Made by a program: the position numbers and the translations under genes. Under the pieces are notes generated by a model. It was not told the origin of the DNA. It was given only the letters and a program-made list of their open reading frames with translations, and made no database searches. Positions 36,197-45,673 of a stretch of DNA of 51,817 nucleotides are shown piece by piece (the stretch's first letter is position 1; every line of letters begins with the position of its first letter). Source of the stretch: Capsulimonadales bacterium (lineage in GTDB: Bacteria > Armatimonadota > Armatimonadia > Armatimonadales > Armatimonadaceae); contig JANRLW010000117.1 in NCBI GenBank assembly GCA_033762295.1, positions 1 to 51,817 on the forward strand. The letters are read 5' to 3'.

Positions 36197-37264
36197 CTAC
36201 CGTCGAACGCTGGTGTCCCGGACGATCAGTTCCGCACCGTCCACCGGCAGGTGTTCGGAGGGCAGCGGGGAACCCGAGATGCGCGCCAGCAACGCCCGGA
36301 TGGCGACCCGCCCCTGTTCCTCCACCGGGTAATCGACGGTCGTCAACGCCGGACGCTGCAACTCCCCGACCAGGGTATTGTCGATCCCGACCACGCTCAG
36401 TTCCTCCGGAACCGACCATCCGCACTCGGCGGCGAACTCGATCAGACGCAGGGCGATCGCATCGGTGCAGCAAAAGACGGCGGTCGGGGGCGAGGCCAGA
36501 CGCCGCCATCGCTCCGGGGCCGTTCGCCAATCGGCCGCCTCCTCCTCGGTGTTCGGCGACCAGTACGTCGGTTCGAAGAGCAGTTCCGGGTCGAAGATAC
36601 CGGCTTCCTCGCAGATCGCCCGGTACAGGTCGCGCCGTTGCCGAGCGATCCCCGTGCCGGCTTCGTGTCGTCCCCGGGTCGGTCCGGCGAGATGGGCGAT
36701 CCGACGATGCCCCTGTGCCAGCAGGTGTTCCATGACGGCGTGGACGATCCGGTCCTCGTCGGAGACGACCGTGATACAGCCGGGGTAGGTCTCCGGCGAC
36801 TCGCTGATTACCGCGACCGGCAATCCGGCTTCCGCCAGTTTGACCGGTCGAAGGTCGCCCATTACCGGATGAAAGATGACCCCGTCGACGCGGCCGTCCA
36901 GAAAGACCCGATAGTTTGACAGGTCACGCCGGATTTGATCCTCATAAAACAGGACCGAATGCTCGGCGGCGACCGCCTCCTCGGTGATTCCGCTCCAGAG
37001 TCGCAGCAAATAGTTCCCCCGCGGGGTACGCTGTGCCCGGGGAAACAACAGGGAAACGCCGATCGTCCGGGTGCGCGCCTTGCGGAGACTGGCGCCCAGT
37101 GCGCTCGGAGCGTAGTGCAACTCCTCAACGGCCTGACGGATGCGCGTCGCCGTCGCCGCCGAACAGGCGTTCGGCTGTCCGCTGAGGAATTCGGAAACGG
37201 TGGTGGGAGAGACCCCTGCGTGACGGGCGACATCCCGCAGGGTGGCTTTTCGAAAGGAGCTCAT
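36197..37264 (-). CDS. LacI-family transcriptional regulator
   Basis: Start MSSFRKATLRDVARHAGVSPTTVS; RRIAHLAGP, PTAVFCCTD.IA, VPEELSVVGIDN, PALTTV. Confidence 0.95.
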   Translation of the reverse strand: MSSFRKATLRDVARHAGVSPTTVSEFLSGQPNACSAATATRIRQAVEELHYAPSALGASLRKARTRTIGVSLLFPRAQRTPRGNYLLRLWSGITEEAVAAEHSVLFYEDQIRRDLSNYRVFLDGRVDGVIFHPVMGDLRPVKLAEAGLPVAVISESPETYPGCITVVSDEDRIVHAVMEHLLAQGHRRIAHLAGPTRGRHEAGTGIARQRRDLYRAICEEAGIFDPELLFEPTYWSPNTEEEAADWRTAPERWRRLASPPTAVFCCTDAIALRLIEFAAECGWSVPEELSVVGIDNTLVGELQRPALTTVDYPVEEQGRVAIRALLARISGSPLPSEHLPVDGAELIVRDTSVRR

Positions 37265-37284
37265 TTCACGAATTATGCCGCATT

Positions 37285-37575
37285 TTACGGGCCGGCGGCA
37301 GGCTGAGGCTTTTCTGCGGGTTCCGGCCGTCCGGTTGGTCGTCCGGAGGTAGCCTGCTGCCCCGCCATCGCACGATAGCGAGCCGCCTCGCCGGCAATCT
37401 GCGGCGGCGGCGTCGCCCCGGTGGTGCGCTCCGGAACCTTCCCGGTTTCGGCGGTTTCGGAAACGCACCCGGAAAGGACGAACGTCACCGCAAGAACGCC
37501 TCCGCCCAGACGGCCCAGACGGCCCAGACGGCTCAGACGGCTCAGACGGTCGGCACGGCCCGGTCCGCGGCTCAT
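37285..37575 (-). CDS. Small Pro-rich lipoprotein downstream of the DUF1559 gene (96 aa)
   Basis: ATG at 37575 overlaps the DUF1559 stop (ATGA); Arg-rich n-region, hydrophobic stretch, lipobox VLSG-C. Confidence 0.72.
   Translation of the reverse strand: MSRGPGRADRLSRLSRLGRLGRLGGGVLAVTFVLSGCVSETAETGKVPERTTGATPPPQIAGEAARYRAMAGQQATSGRPTGRPEPAEKPQPAAGP
37504..37548. repeat. Five 9-bp tandem repeats (GCYCAGACG) in the lipoprotein signal-peptide n-region
   Basis: gcccagacg x3 + gctcagacg x2, encoding RLS/RLG repeats on the minus strand. Confidence 0.9.
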
Positions 37576-38450
37576 CCGTCGTTCTCCTTCCGGCTCCACA
37601 TCCCGCACGGGTTGTCCAGCGCGCACGGGTCGCCGTACTGCTGCGTTCCGCCGATTCCCACGGTTCGCTCCGGGCGGAACCATTTCGCATGGCCGTCCAT
37701 GAAGACATAGTTCCAGCCGTTGGAGTGGATCGGATTGACGCGGGTAACGTTGCTGCCGTCGCCGAGGGCGTACCGGTTCTGTGCATGGAACCAGCCGAGC
37801 CCCCAATCCGGCTGAAGAACGCTGCTGCAGTCGGCGCTCTGGGCGGTTCCGTAGAGGTTTCGCGGTTCGAACAGTTCGACGATACCGATCGTGTTCGCCG
37901 GTTCCGGGAACGAAGCCAGGGCGCCCATAATCACCAGTTCGCCGTCACCGCCGGCACCCGCGCCGGGAACCGTGATGCGATCCGCCGCGCCAAGCCCGTT
38001 GCCCCACCAGGCATACGCCGTGTTCACCGAGTAGGAACGCGGGGTGTCGCTCTGGTACTCCGTCACCCGGGCCACGCTGTCACTCGGACACCGGAAGATA
38101 CCCGTGTTCGGGCGGTCCGCTCCGATCCCCGGACGGACTCTCTGACCGATGTAGGGTGCGACGGCGACATCCCAGTACGAGGGTCCGAACTGCCACTGTC
38201 CTTCCCAGCCGTACTGCCAGACGATCGGCCCACGTTCGTCGTAATCCTGATAGTACATCATGGCGGCCAGGCCGATCTGCTTCATGTTGGAAAGGCAGGC
38301 GGTCTGACGGGCCTTGTCCCGCGCCTGAGCGAAGACGGGAAAAAGGATCGCGGCAAGAATGGCGATAATAGCAATAACTACCAACAACTCGATCAAGGTA
38401 AAGGCGTTTCCGTAAGGACGGATCGGACGCTTCCGCGCGACTTCAATCAT
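37572..38450 (-). CDS. DUF1559 / prepilin-type N-terminal cleavage-methylation protein with H-X9-DG motif
   Basis: [67 protein letters not shown]. Confidence 0.93.
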   Translation of the reverse strand: MIEVARKRPIRPYGNAFTLIELLVVIAIIAILAAILFPVFAQARDKARQTACLSNMKQIGLAAMMYYQDYDERGPIVWQYGWEGQWQFGPSYWDVAVAPYIGQRVRPGIGADRPNTGIFRCPSDSVARVTEYQSDTPRSYSVNTAYAWWGNGLGAADRITVPGAGAGGDGELVIMGALASFPEPANTIGIVELFEPRNLYGTAQSADCSSVLQPDWGLGWFHAQNRYALGDGSNVTRVNPIHSNGWNYVFMDGHAKWFRPERTVGIGGTQQYGDPCALDNPCGMWSRKENDG

Positions 38451-38471
38451 GGAGAACCTCCTCCGGGGGGT

Positions 38472-38491
38472 TTACCGAATGCATTCGGTAA
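38472..38491. promoter_or_regulatory. Perfect 20-bp palindrome, candidate operator for the adjacent LacI regulator
   Basis: TTACCGAATG|CATTCGGTAA, 4 nt downstream of the -10 box of the DUF1559 promoter. Confidence 0.75.
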
Positions 38492-38495
38492 GGGA

Positions 38496-38525
38496 ATTAT
38501 ATCCGCCCACCCCGGCAAATGTCAA
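38496..38525 (-). promoter_or_regulatory. sigma70 promoter of the DUF1559-lipoprotein operon
   Basis: TTGACA (38525-38520) -N18- TATAAT (38501-38496). Confidence 0.85.
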
Positions 38526-38606
38526 GAATATTGGCGGGGCATTCGTTTACCGACGAACCGTCGCCGTTCGATAATGCACCAAACGGTGCGACGGACGGAG
38601 GTTTCC

Positions 38607-39554
38607 TTGACGACGGACATGGACGAAACGGAAATGGACGGTTACGATCGATTTGACCGGGAATACGGCGAAGACGAACCGGATTTACGATCGGCGCGCC
38701 GAACGCGCAAACCCAGGAGTCCTGTCCCTCCCCCACCGGAAGCCGCCATGTCGGAAACGGAGGATGGCCCGTTGCCGATGACCTATACCCCCAGCCGGTT
38801 CGAGGAGGGATGGCTCGCCTCCTCTCTGCGTCCCTTTTATCGCCAGTTGCTTCTCATCGATGTCCTTTATCATGTCAAAGGCGGGAAAGAGGCCAACGTC
38901 TACTGCGGTCTGGCCCATCCGGCGGCCGGCGGCGGATTACGCGCGGTCAAGGTGTATCGCCCCCGGCAGTTTCGGAACCTTCGCAACGACAAAATGTATC
39001 GCGAAGGCCGTCCCCTCCTTACCGAGGAGGGTCGGGCGGTGAAGAAGACCGACACCCGTCTGATGCGGGCCGTCGGGAAGAAGACGGCCTTCGGCGTGCA
39101 GGCCGAGCACACGTCCTGGCTGATGTACGAATTTACCACCCTGTCGAGGCTCCATGCGGCCGGCGGCAGTGTTCCTCAACCCTATTCCGCCAGCGAGAAC
39201 GCCCTGCTGATGGATTTTTGCGGCGATGAGAAAAAGGCCGCGCCCACGCTGATCGAGACGGCGATCCGCCCCTTCGAAGCCCAGCCTCTCCTGAACGAAA
39301 CGCTCCGCAATATCGAACTGATGCTGGAACTCGATATGATCCATGGTGACCTTTCGGCCTATAACATCCTGTACCGGGACGGCGAAATCACCCTGATCGA
39401 CTTCCCCCAGGTCACCAACAGCAAAAGCAATCCTCACGCCGAATTCCTGCTACAACGCGATGTAACACGGGTCTGCCAGTATTTCGCTTCCCACGGAGCG
39501 ACCTGCGATCCGGATAAGGTGTTTCGCCGACTTGCCCGCAAGTTCCTCGAATGA
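38607..39554 (+). CDS. RIO1-family atypical Ser/Thr kinase
   Basis: VKGGKEANVY, AVKVYRP, W...EF..L..L...G..VP.P, IHGDLSAYNILY, IDFPQ, LLQRDV. TTG start at 38607 follows a GGAGG. Confidence 0.9.
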   Translation: MTTDMDETEMDGYDRFDREYGEDEPDLRSARRTRKPRSPVPPPPEAAMSETEDGPLPMTYTPSRFEEGWLASSLRPFYRQLLLIDVLYHVKGGKEANVYCGLAHPAAGGGLRAVKVYRPRQFRNLRNDKMYREGRPLLTEEGRAVKKTDTRLMRAVGKKTAFGVQAEHTSWLMYEFTTLSRLHAAGGSVPQPYSASENALLMDFCGDEKKAAPTLIETAIRPFEAQPLLNETLRNIELMLELDMIHGDLSAYNILYRDGEITLIDFPQVTNSKSNPHAEFLLQRDVTRVCQYFASHGATCDPDKVFRRLARKFLE

Positions 39555-39608
39555 ACGCCCGGACGCGGAAACCGCAACCAAACCGCAGATTCGGCGTTCT
39601 ATTGAAAT

Positions 39609-40256
39609 ATGGGGATGATTTTGCTCTTCGGCGTGGTCGGCTGGCTTGCCTGGCCCTACATTCAGGACCTCCTGCAGCAACAGCGAACGGATGACCGGAT
39701 TATGGAAAAGGTGATGCACCGTCGTCAGCTGGTCGCCCAGGCACCCCATTCGCCGGCATCCCACGAACAGCTGGCCGATGCCCTCCGTGAAGCGAACAAA
39801 CTTGAGGACGCCATCGCCGAATACGAACTTGCCCTCCGGTTGGAGGAGCAGTACGCGCCCGCCGGCGGGTGGCACGGGGGCGGCGGCATCGAACAGAAGC
39901 TGAAGCTCACCCGGATGGAGTTGGGGGAACGCCAGGACCCGGACAAACACGGGATCTCACTGCGTACCCGACAGCAACCGTGTACCCAGTGCGGTCATCT
40001 GGCCAACCCCGGCGAACGGATGTGTCCGACCTGCGGCGCCCCACTGCCGGTCGACTCCTTCTGGGATACCGTCCGCGATCCGGCCATGCGGGAGATGATC
40101 GTTCGTGAAGCCTCGGAGTTCGCCATCATTCTGGCGGTCATCGGCATCGCCCTCTGGATGACCGGCTGGCTGACGCTGGAGATCCGTCTCGTTACCTTCT
40201 TTGCCGCGTTCATCGTGCTCTGCTTCCGCTTTCTCAAACGGGTCGGCCCCGACTGA
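39609..40256 (+). CDS. Membrane protein with TPR-like helices and a zinc ribbon
   Basis: N-terminal TM; SHEQLADAL...LEDAIAEYELALRL; CTQCG...CPTCG; two C-terminal TMs. Confidence 0.75.
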   Translation: MGMILLFGVVGWLAWPYIQDLLQQQRTDDRIMEKVMHRRQLVAQAPHSPASHEQLADALREANKLEDAIAEYELALRLEEQYAPAGGWHGGGGIEQKLKLTRMELGERQDPDKHGISLRTRQQPCTQCGHLANPGERMCPTCGAPLPVDSFWDTVRDPAMREMIVREASEFAIILAVIGIALWMTGWLTLEIRLVTFFAAFIVLCFRFLKRVGPD

Positions 40257-40301
40257 TCTCTCGCGCCCTGACCTTGCCGGGATACGTGCTATGATACGGG
40301 C

Positions 40302-41405
40302 GTGATGTCTGTCCCTCCGGAATGGGAACCTGGCCTGTCGGCGATCCGCGCGTTGAAGGCCGGTTCGGTCGTCCTGATCGTCGGTGCCTCGGATCGCGGC
40401 AAAACGACCTTCGTCCAGCAGGTGGCTCGCCGTCTGACACTGGACGGGGTGAAGACGGCGATCGCCGATACGGATATCGGTCAGTCGGAGATCGGCCCAC
40501 CCGGCACGGTCGGGGTGACGGGCGCGCGCCGCGAATGGGCGGAGAACCCGAACGCGCGCCTGACCGACCTGAAGCCCGGCGCGACGTTTTTCGTCGGGGC
40601 GTTCGCCCCCGCGTCGGTCGCCCTCGAACTGACCGTGGCGGCGGCGCAGGCGGTGCGCTTTGCGCGAGGCGCGGGGGCGCAACGTATCCTGGTCGACACC
40701 ACCGGTTTCGTTTCCGGACCCGCCGCACGCCGACTGAAGGTGGCAAAGGCGCAGGTGATCGCCCCCGCTCTGGTCATCGGTATCGGAAAACCCGGCGAGA
40801 TCGACTCCCTCCTTACGGCCCTGACCGCGGCGACCGGCGCGGAGTCGCTCTCCTTGCCGGTGCCCGGAGATGTCGGGCGGAAATCGACGGCGTTCCGGGC
40901 TACCCGACGAATGACGCGACTTGCCGCCGCGTTCGAGGACGCACAGGAAACCGCCCTCCCGCTGCGGGACCTCCGCACCGTCGGATGTACCCTCGGTTCG
41001 GGCGACCCTGTCTCGCCGGAACTTGTCCGATGGGCGGCGGAATCGCTGCGCCTGCCGATCGTCCGGGCGGAAAAAGGCGAAAATCAGCTCCATCTTTTCG
41101 TGACCGGGCGACCACGGGCCGTTCCCGACGCCGCCATCGCGCCGGTTGCCACCTATTTCAAGGTCTCCTCCGTCCGGCTGGTTTCCCTCGCCCATTATGT
41201 CGATGCCCTGCTGGGGTTTCAGGACGGTTCCGGTCGGCTCCTCGGAGTCGGTCGATTTCTGGGACTCGATGCCGACCGGGACGAAATGACGGTGTCGGCT
41301 CCCCGTACGGTGACCGCCGACCGGACTCGGATGGTTTTCGTCGGTCGGGTCCGCGTGCCGGCCGATGCCAACGGGCATGTCGACATCCGGCCGGGCGAAC
41401 TCTGA
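40302..41405 (+). CDS. Clp1/Nol9(Grc3)-family polynucleotide 5'-hydroxyl kinase
   Basis: VGASDRGKTT (Walker A), ADTDIGQSEIGPPG, LVDTTGFV, RATRRMTR lid motif. Confidence 0.87.
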   Translation: MMSVPPEWEPGLSAIRALKAGSVVLIVGASDRGKTTFVQQVARRLTLDGVKTAIADTDIGQSEIGPPGTVGVTGARREWAENPNARLTDLKPGATFFVGAFAPASVALELTVAAAQAVRFARGAGAQRILVDTTGFVSGPAARRLKVAKAQVIAPALVIGIGKPGEIDSLLTALTAATGAESLSLPVPGDVGRKSTAFRATRRMTRLAAAFEDAQETALPLRDLRTVGCTLGSGDPVSPELVRWAAESLRLPIVRAEKGENQLHLFVTGRPRAVPDAAIAPVATYFKVSSVRLVSLAHYVDALLGFQDGSGRLLGVGRFLGLDADRDEMTVSAPRTVTADRTRMVFVGRVRVPADANGHVDIRPGEL

Positions 41406-41417
41406 ACGATCGCCGGG

Positions 41418-42551
41418 TTATTTCCGCGACCCGACCCAGTGCGAACCGGAGATTCGCAGTCCGAACCGCTCCATATCCTTCAGGAACGGTGTCGGTTCGA
41501 CAAAATGGGCGGCGAGGAAGAGACCGACGCGATGCGGTTCGCGCTGCCATTGCAGAATCGTCGCCACGACCGGAATCGCCGTGAACTGGTAGGCGTCATG
41601 GTGGAACAGCGTCAATGTCGCGCTTTCCCGCAATCCTTCGCGTTCGCCGTGCGCCTCCAGGTGTAGAACGTTGCCGAACGGCGGCTGATCGAATGTGCGC
41701 GTGCTCCATGCCAGCGCGCCGGCCAGGGCATGGGTCGCTCCGGGCAGAATCTTCGCCCCGGCATAGATCAACGGCAGGACCAGATAGTCGGTAACCGGGT
41801 TGAATCCGGCGATGGCGAACCCGGTTTCCCGCAGTGACGGGAACCGTTCCGGAAGGTAGGCCATCTCCTCCAGAAACATCGGAGTGCAGACTTTTTCTCC
41901 GAACGGCGCTTCGAAAGCGACCTTCGGCAGATCCTCGCTATGGTTCCACCGGGTCTTCTGCCAGACGCCGTTTCGGAAGAAGACGCTCCGGAACTCCCCC
42001 ATTTCGTGGACGAGTTCGTCCGCGCCGCCGGTGCAGGGAAGCCCGCCCTGCGGATTGAGGATGGAGGCCACCGTCGCGCTCGTCAGCCGATCGAAGAAAG
42101 GCGCGACGAAACGAACGAGAGCGGCGGGAACGCCCGGGTGGAACCCCGCATCCGTGAGGAAGCAGCGATGCTGTCGCTCGATCTCCGGTCCCAACGCTTT
42201 GAGAGCCGCAATCTTTTCGGCGGAATACTGGACGTCGATATAGTCGCAGTTGGCCTCCAGGCAGGCCAGCGCCACACGGTCGGCATAACGCGCCGTGCTG
42301 GACGCCACCACGACCAGGTTCGCTCCGAGGAACGCCTGGTTGAGCGAGGAGGCGACCGCGGCATCCGCGCGAACCCCGTTTACGCGCCCCCCCGGAAACG
42401 CATGATTCAACTGCCGGCACAGAGAATCGATTCGGAACCCGTTGCGGCCGGCGATTACCAGATTCGCCTCGGTGTGCTGTAGAAGCAGACGGGCGATCGC
42501 ACTGCCGGTACGCCCGTAGCCGCCGAGAATGACAATGGTCGGACTGTTCAT
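41418..42551 (-). CDS. Saccharopine-dehydrogenase-like NAD(P)-binding oxidoreductase
   Basis: ILGGYGRTG, IAGRN, YIDV, DAGFHPGVP. Confidence 0.85.
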   Translation of the reverse strand: MNSPTIVILGGYGRTGSAIARLLLQHTEANLVIAGRNGFRIDSLCRQLNHAFPGGRVNGVRADAAVASSLNQAFLGANLVVVASSTARYADRVALACLEANCDYIDVQYSAEKIAALKALGPEIERQHRCFLTDAGFHPGVPAALVRFVAPFFDRLTSATVASILNPQGGLPCTGGADELVHEMGEFRSVFFRNGVWQKTRWNHSEDLPKVAFEAPFGEKVCTPMFLEEMAYLPERFPSLRETGFAIAGFNPVTDYLVLPLIYAGAKILPGATHALAGALAWSTRTFDQPPFGNVLHLEAHGEREGLRESATLTLFHHDAYQFTAIPVVATILQWQREPHRVGLFLAAHFVEPTPFLKDMERFGLRISGSHWVGSRK

Positions 42552-42770
42552 GACAAGCCTCCCGGTACCCCCTCGCACCTTCGAAACCTATCGGACAACG
42601 GAAAGAACGGAGCGGTCAAGCGTTCGAGAAAATACCTTTTCGGAGTTATTTTGATTCCGTTTCGGGCCGGGCGTCATCCGCGCAACGGGGGATTTACCGC
42701 CGGACGGTTCCGGGGCGAAAAAGGAGCAACGGGAAGCGGACGTTTCCCGGTTTCCTTGGGAGGATGTATC

Positions 42771-44564
42771 ATGGAAAGCATGAGCTATACGTACGATCGA
42801 CTGCGCGATGAGGCGACTCAATTACTCACGGCGACGGGTCTGGTGACCTCGGAGCATATCACCCTGGCGAACCCGAAACCGAACATTCCCGCCGACCTGG
42901 CCTTCCCGGTCTTTGCGGCGGCGAAAGCCGCCGGGGCGGGCAACCCGAACGAGTTCGCGCAGCGTCTCGCGTCCGACATCGTCCTGCCCGAGAACGGTCT
43001 GATCGGCAAGGTAGAACCGGCGGGTGGCTTCGTCAACTTCGCGGTCGACCCGGCGCGTTACGCCGACTCCGTTCTGGCCGAAGTGCGGGAAAAGGGCGAT
43101 ACCTTCGGAAACGATCCGACCGTCGGCGCGGACCGGAACCTTATCCTCGAGTACTCCTCGCCGAATATCGCGCGAAAGATGCACGTCGGACACCTACGGT
43201 CGACGGTGATCGGGCACAGTCTGTATCTGATTCTGAAGGCGCTCGGTTATCAGGTGACGGCGGATAACCATCTCGGCGACTGGGGAACACAATTCGGAAC
43301 CCTACTCGCCGCCATCGATCAGGAGAAACTGACTCCCTGGAACGATCCGGACCCGGTGCAGTCGCTGGTCGAGATCTATTCGCGCTTCAACAACGCGGCG
43401 AGGGAGAACCCGGCGCTCATGGACGATGCGCGTGCCTGGTTCAAGAAGCTGGAGGATGGCGATGTCTGGGCGCGGGAGACGTGGCAGAAGCTGATCGACA
43501 TCACCCTGGTCGAGTTCGATCGGACGTATGCGCGGCTCGGCGTCCATTTCGACACGACGCACGGGGAGTCGTACTTCGAGCCGATGCTGGGTCCGCTCAT
43601 TCAGGAAGCGCTCGAGAAGGGTGTCGCTCGGAAGGAAGACGGCGGCGCGGTGTCGGTTCACTTCGATGATAAGTTGCCCTCCTGCCTTCTGCAAAAATCC
43701 GACGGTGCGACCCTCTATCAGACGCGGGACGCCGCGACCTGCATCTATCGCTGGAATACGTATCATCCGGTGCGCAATATCTATGTGGTCGGCGCGGAGC
43801 AGAAACTGCACTTCCAGCAGGTCTTCGAAATCGTACGACGGATGGGCTACACCGAGATTGCCGATGCGTCGCTCCATATCTCGTTCGGCGCGGTCACCGA
43901 CGCGACCGGGGCGCGCTTCTCCATGCGGAAAGGCACGGCGATCTTCCTCAATGAGGTACTGGACGAGGCCATCGAACGTGCGATCGGCACGATCCGTGAG
44001 AAGGTCGCCGAGGGCAAAACCGAAATCACCGAGGAGGAGATACCCGAGGTCGCGGAGATGGTCGGCATCGGGACCGTGATCTACGCCGACCTGTATCAGG
44101 GACCGGAGCGAGGGATCAAGTTCGACTGGGACAAGATCATGGCCTGGGACGGCAACACGTCGCTCTATATCCAGTACACCCATGCCCGTTGCCGCTCGAT
44201 TTTGCGGAAAGCGGCCCTCACCCCCCCAACCCCCTCGTTCGCAAGCGGGAGAGGGGGAGCCGAGGAACGAGGCGGGGGTGAAGGTTCTCTCCTCATCACG
44301 CCGGAGGAGCAGGTTGTTCTCAAGCAACTCGCCCGGCTGCCGCATGCGGTGCGGGAAGCGGGCGAGAAGTTCCTGCCCGCGACCGTCGCCGAATGGACCT
44401 ACAATCTCGCCCGGGAGTTCGCCCGGTTCTACGATAAGTGCCCGGTACTGACCGCGCCGACCCCGGAACTGCGGGACGCGCGTCTTGCCCTGGTGTCGGC
44501 CACCGCGCAGGGACTCAAAAACGGCCTAACCCTGCTCGGCATCGGCGCACCCGAGCGCATGTAG
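42771..44564 (+). CDS. argS: Arginine--tRNA ligase
   Basis: EYSSPNIARKMHVGHLRST, NHLGDWGTQFG, KSDGATLYQTRD, YVVGAEQKLHF, YIQYTHAR, LLGIGAPERM. Confidence 0.98.
   Translation: MESMSYTYDRLRDEATQLLTATGLVTSEHITLANPKPNIPADLAFPVFAAAKAAGAGNPNEFAQRLASDIVLPENGLIGKVEPAGGFVNFAVDPARYADSVLAEVREKGDTFGNDPTVGADRNLILEYSSPNIARKMHVGHLRSTVIGHSLYLILKALGYQVTADNHLGDWGTQFGTLLAAIDQEKLTPWNDPDPVQSLVEIYSRFNNAARENPALMDDARAWFKKLEDGDVWARETWQKLIDITLVEFDRTYARLGVHFDTTHGESYFEPMLGPLIQEALEKGVARKEDGGAVSVHFDDKLPSCLLQKSDGATLYQTRDAATCIYRWNTYHPVRNIYVVGAEQKLHFQQVFEIVRRMGYTEIADASLHISFGAVTDATGARFSMRKGTAIFLNEVLDEAIERAIGTIREKVAEGKTEITEEEIPEVAEMVGIGTVIYADLYQGPERGIKFDWDKIMAWDGNTSLYIQYTHARCRSILRKAALTPPTPSFASGRGGAEERGGGEGSLLITPEEQVVLKQLARLPHAVREAGEKFLPATVAEWTYNLAREFARFYDKCPVLTAPTPELRDARLALVSATAQGLKNGLTLLGIGAPERM
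44215..44284 (+). repeat. Palindromic GC-rich repeat-like element translated in frame within argS
   Basis: CCCTCACCCCC...GGGGGTGAAGG outer stem enclosing CCCCCTC-GTTCGC-AA-GCGGGA-GAGGGGG; encodes LTPPTPSFASGRGGAEERGGGEG. Confidence 0.65.
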
Positions 44565-44575
44565 GTCGTGAGCTG

Positions 44576-44680
44576 GCCCCTAACCCCCGCAGGCGGGGGA
44601 ACCCCGGAACGCCTCCCGCAAACGTTCCTACTCCCCCGCCTGCGGGGGTCGGGGGGCTCACTCCCCCGCAGGCGGGGCCG
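44576..44680. repeat. REP/BIME-like cluster of palindromic units between the convergent argS and globin genes
   Basis: CCCCCGCAGGCGGGGGA ... TCCCCCGCCTGCGGGGG (inverted pair around ggaacg...cgttcc) plus a third copy CTCCCCCGCAGGCGGGG. Confidence 0.8.
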
Positions 44681-44694
44681 GAAGAGGACGCGGT

Positions 44695-45099
44695 CTACTC
44701 TCTGTTTTGCAGGAAGTGGGCGGCGTTGTGGAAGTAGTTGCGCAGGATGGGGGCGACCTCGCTCAGTTCGGGAACCCGGTCCAGCGCGGCGGTCATGTGC
44801 CAGAGCCAGGCATCACGCGCGGCGGCGTCGATGGCAAAGGGCAAATGGCGCATCCGCAATCGAGGATGGCCCCGCTTCTCCGAATACGCGGTCGGTCCGC
44901 CGCAGAACTGGATCAGGAACAACGCCAGATGGACCCGCGCCTCCGCCATGCCCTCCCCATCGGCGGGATACATCGGACCTAAGATCGGGTCCGTTTCCAC
45001 CCCTTCGTAGAAAGCGTCCACCAGCCGGGCGAACGCCTCGCCCGCCCGGTCCCCGCCTCCGAGTCGCTCCCAGATCTCGTTCGGTCGAATCGCTTCCAA
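44695..45099 (-). CDS. Group II truncated hemoglobin (GlbO/YjbI-like)
   Basis: LVDAFYEGVETDPIL.PMYP, FLIQFCGGP..YSEKRGHPRLRMRHLPFAI, RDAWL. Confidence 0.92.
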   Translation of the reverse strand: MEAIRPNEIWERLGGGDRAGEAFARLVDAFYEGVETDPILGPMYPADGEGMAEARVHLALFLIQFCGGPTAYSEKRGHPRLRMRHLPFAIDAAARDAWLWHMTAALDRVPELSEVAPILRNYFHNAAHFLQNRE

Positions 45100-45112
45100 C
45101 CCCGTCGCCTCG

Positions 45113-45670
45113 CTACCAGTAGATGAAACGTGTCAGCTCCAACCGGTCTCGCTCCGGAAGCTCCAGTACGTTCGGAATGATGTACCGGTTATCCCGTGCG
45201 TCCAGCAGCACCTTCCCGTGCTCGTCATACTCCTCCGCCCGGTCATGCCGCCACGGAACGATGAACGATTCCCGGCCACGCTGCGTCCCGGCATCGAAGA
45301 AAAGCATATCATGTTCCAGTTTCACCCGGTAAATCCGCAGGATTCGCTGCTCATAGTAGTGCCTGGCGAGGGTCCGACGAACCAGGTCCCGCGCGTCGTC
45401 GGGGAAGGTCTCCGGACGCTCGATCACGCCGATCTCTCGAACCTTATCCTCCTCGTCGGTATAGTTCAGCGCGATAAAGTGGTCCGGATGCCGGATCGGA
45501 AAAAGCCGTACCGCGAAGACGCCGCGATAAAGAGTCTTCTCCTCGATGACGCAGTGGAGCGTGGTGTGCTGACCCGAATGCGTTCCCTCGTAAATGCGGG
45601 TGTTTTGCGGGGTCAAGCGCATTACCCCGGAAGCGAAATGGGTGGTGGGCGCGGAAAGCTCCTCACTCAT
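45113..45670 (-). CDS. DUF1854-domain protein
   Basis: YRGVFAVRLFPI..PDHFIAL...REIGVIE...L...Y....I..I; LLDARDNRYIIPN. Confidence 0.8.
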   Translation of the reverse strand: MSEELSAPTTHFASGVMRLTPQNTRIYEGTHSGQHTTLHCVIEEKTLYRGVFAVRLFPIRHPDHFIALNYTDEEDKVREIGVIERPETFPDDARDLVRRTLARHYYEQRILRIYRVKLEHDMLFFDAGTQRGRESFIVPWRHDRAEEYDEHGKVLLDARDNRYIIPNVLELPERDRLELTRFIYW

Positions 45671-45673
45671 GGC

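Noticed and set aside
36197..37786. 529-aa LacI with a long N-terminal extension
   Set aside because: The HTH begins at Met 37264. The upstream part overlaps the lipoprotein and DUF1559 genes in other frames.
37689..38606. N-terminal 300 aa of the 621-aa ORF as a RIO kinase extension
   Set aside because: It is the antisense shadow of the DUF1559 gene and its promoter. The kinase has its own RBS and start near 38607.
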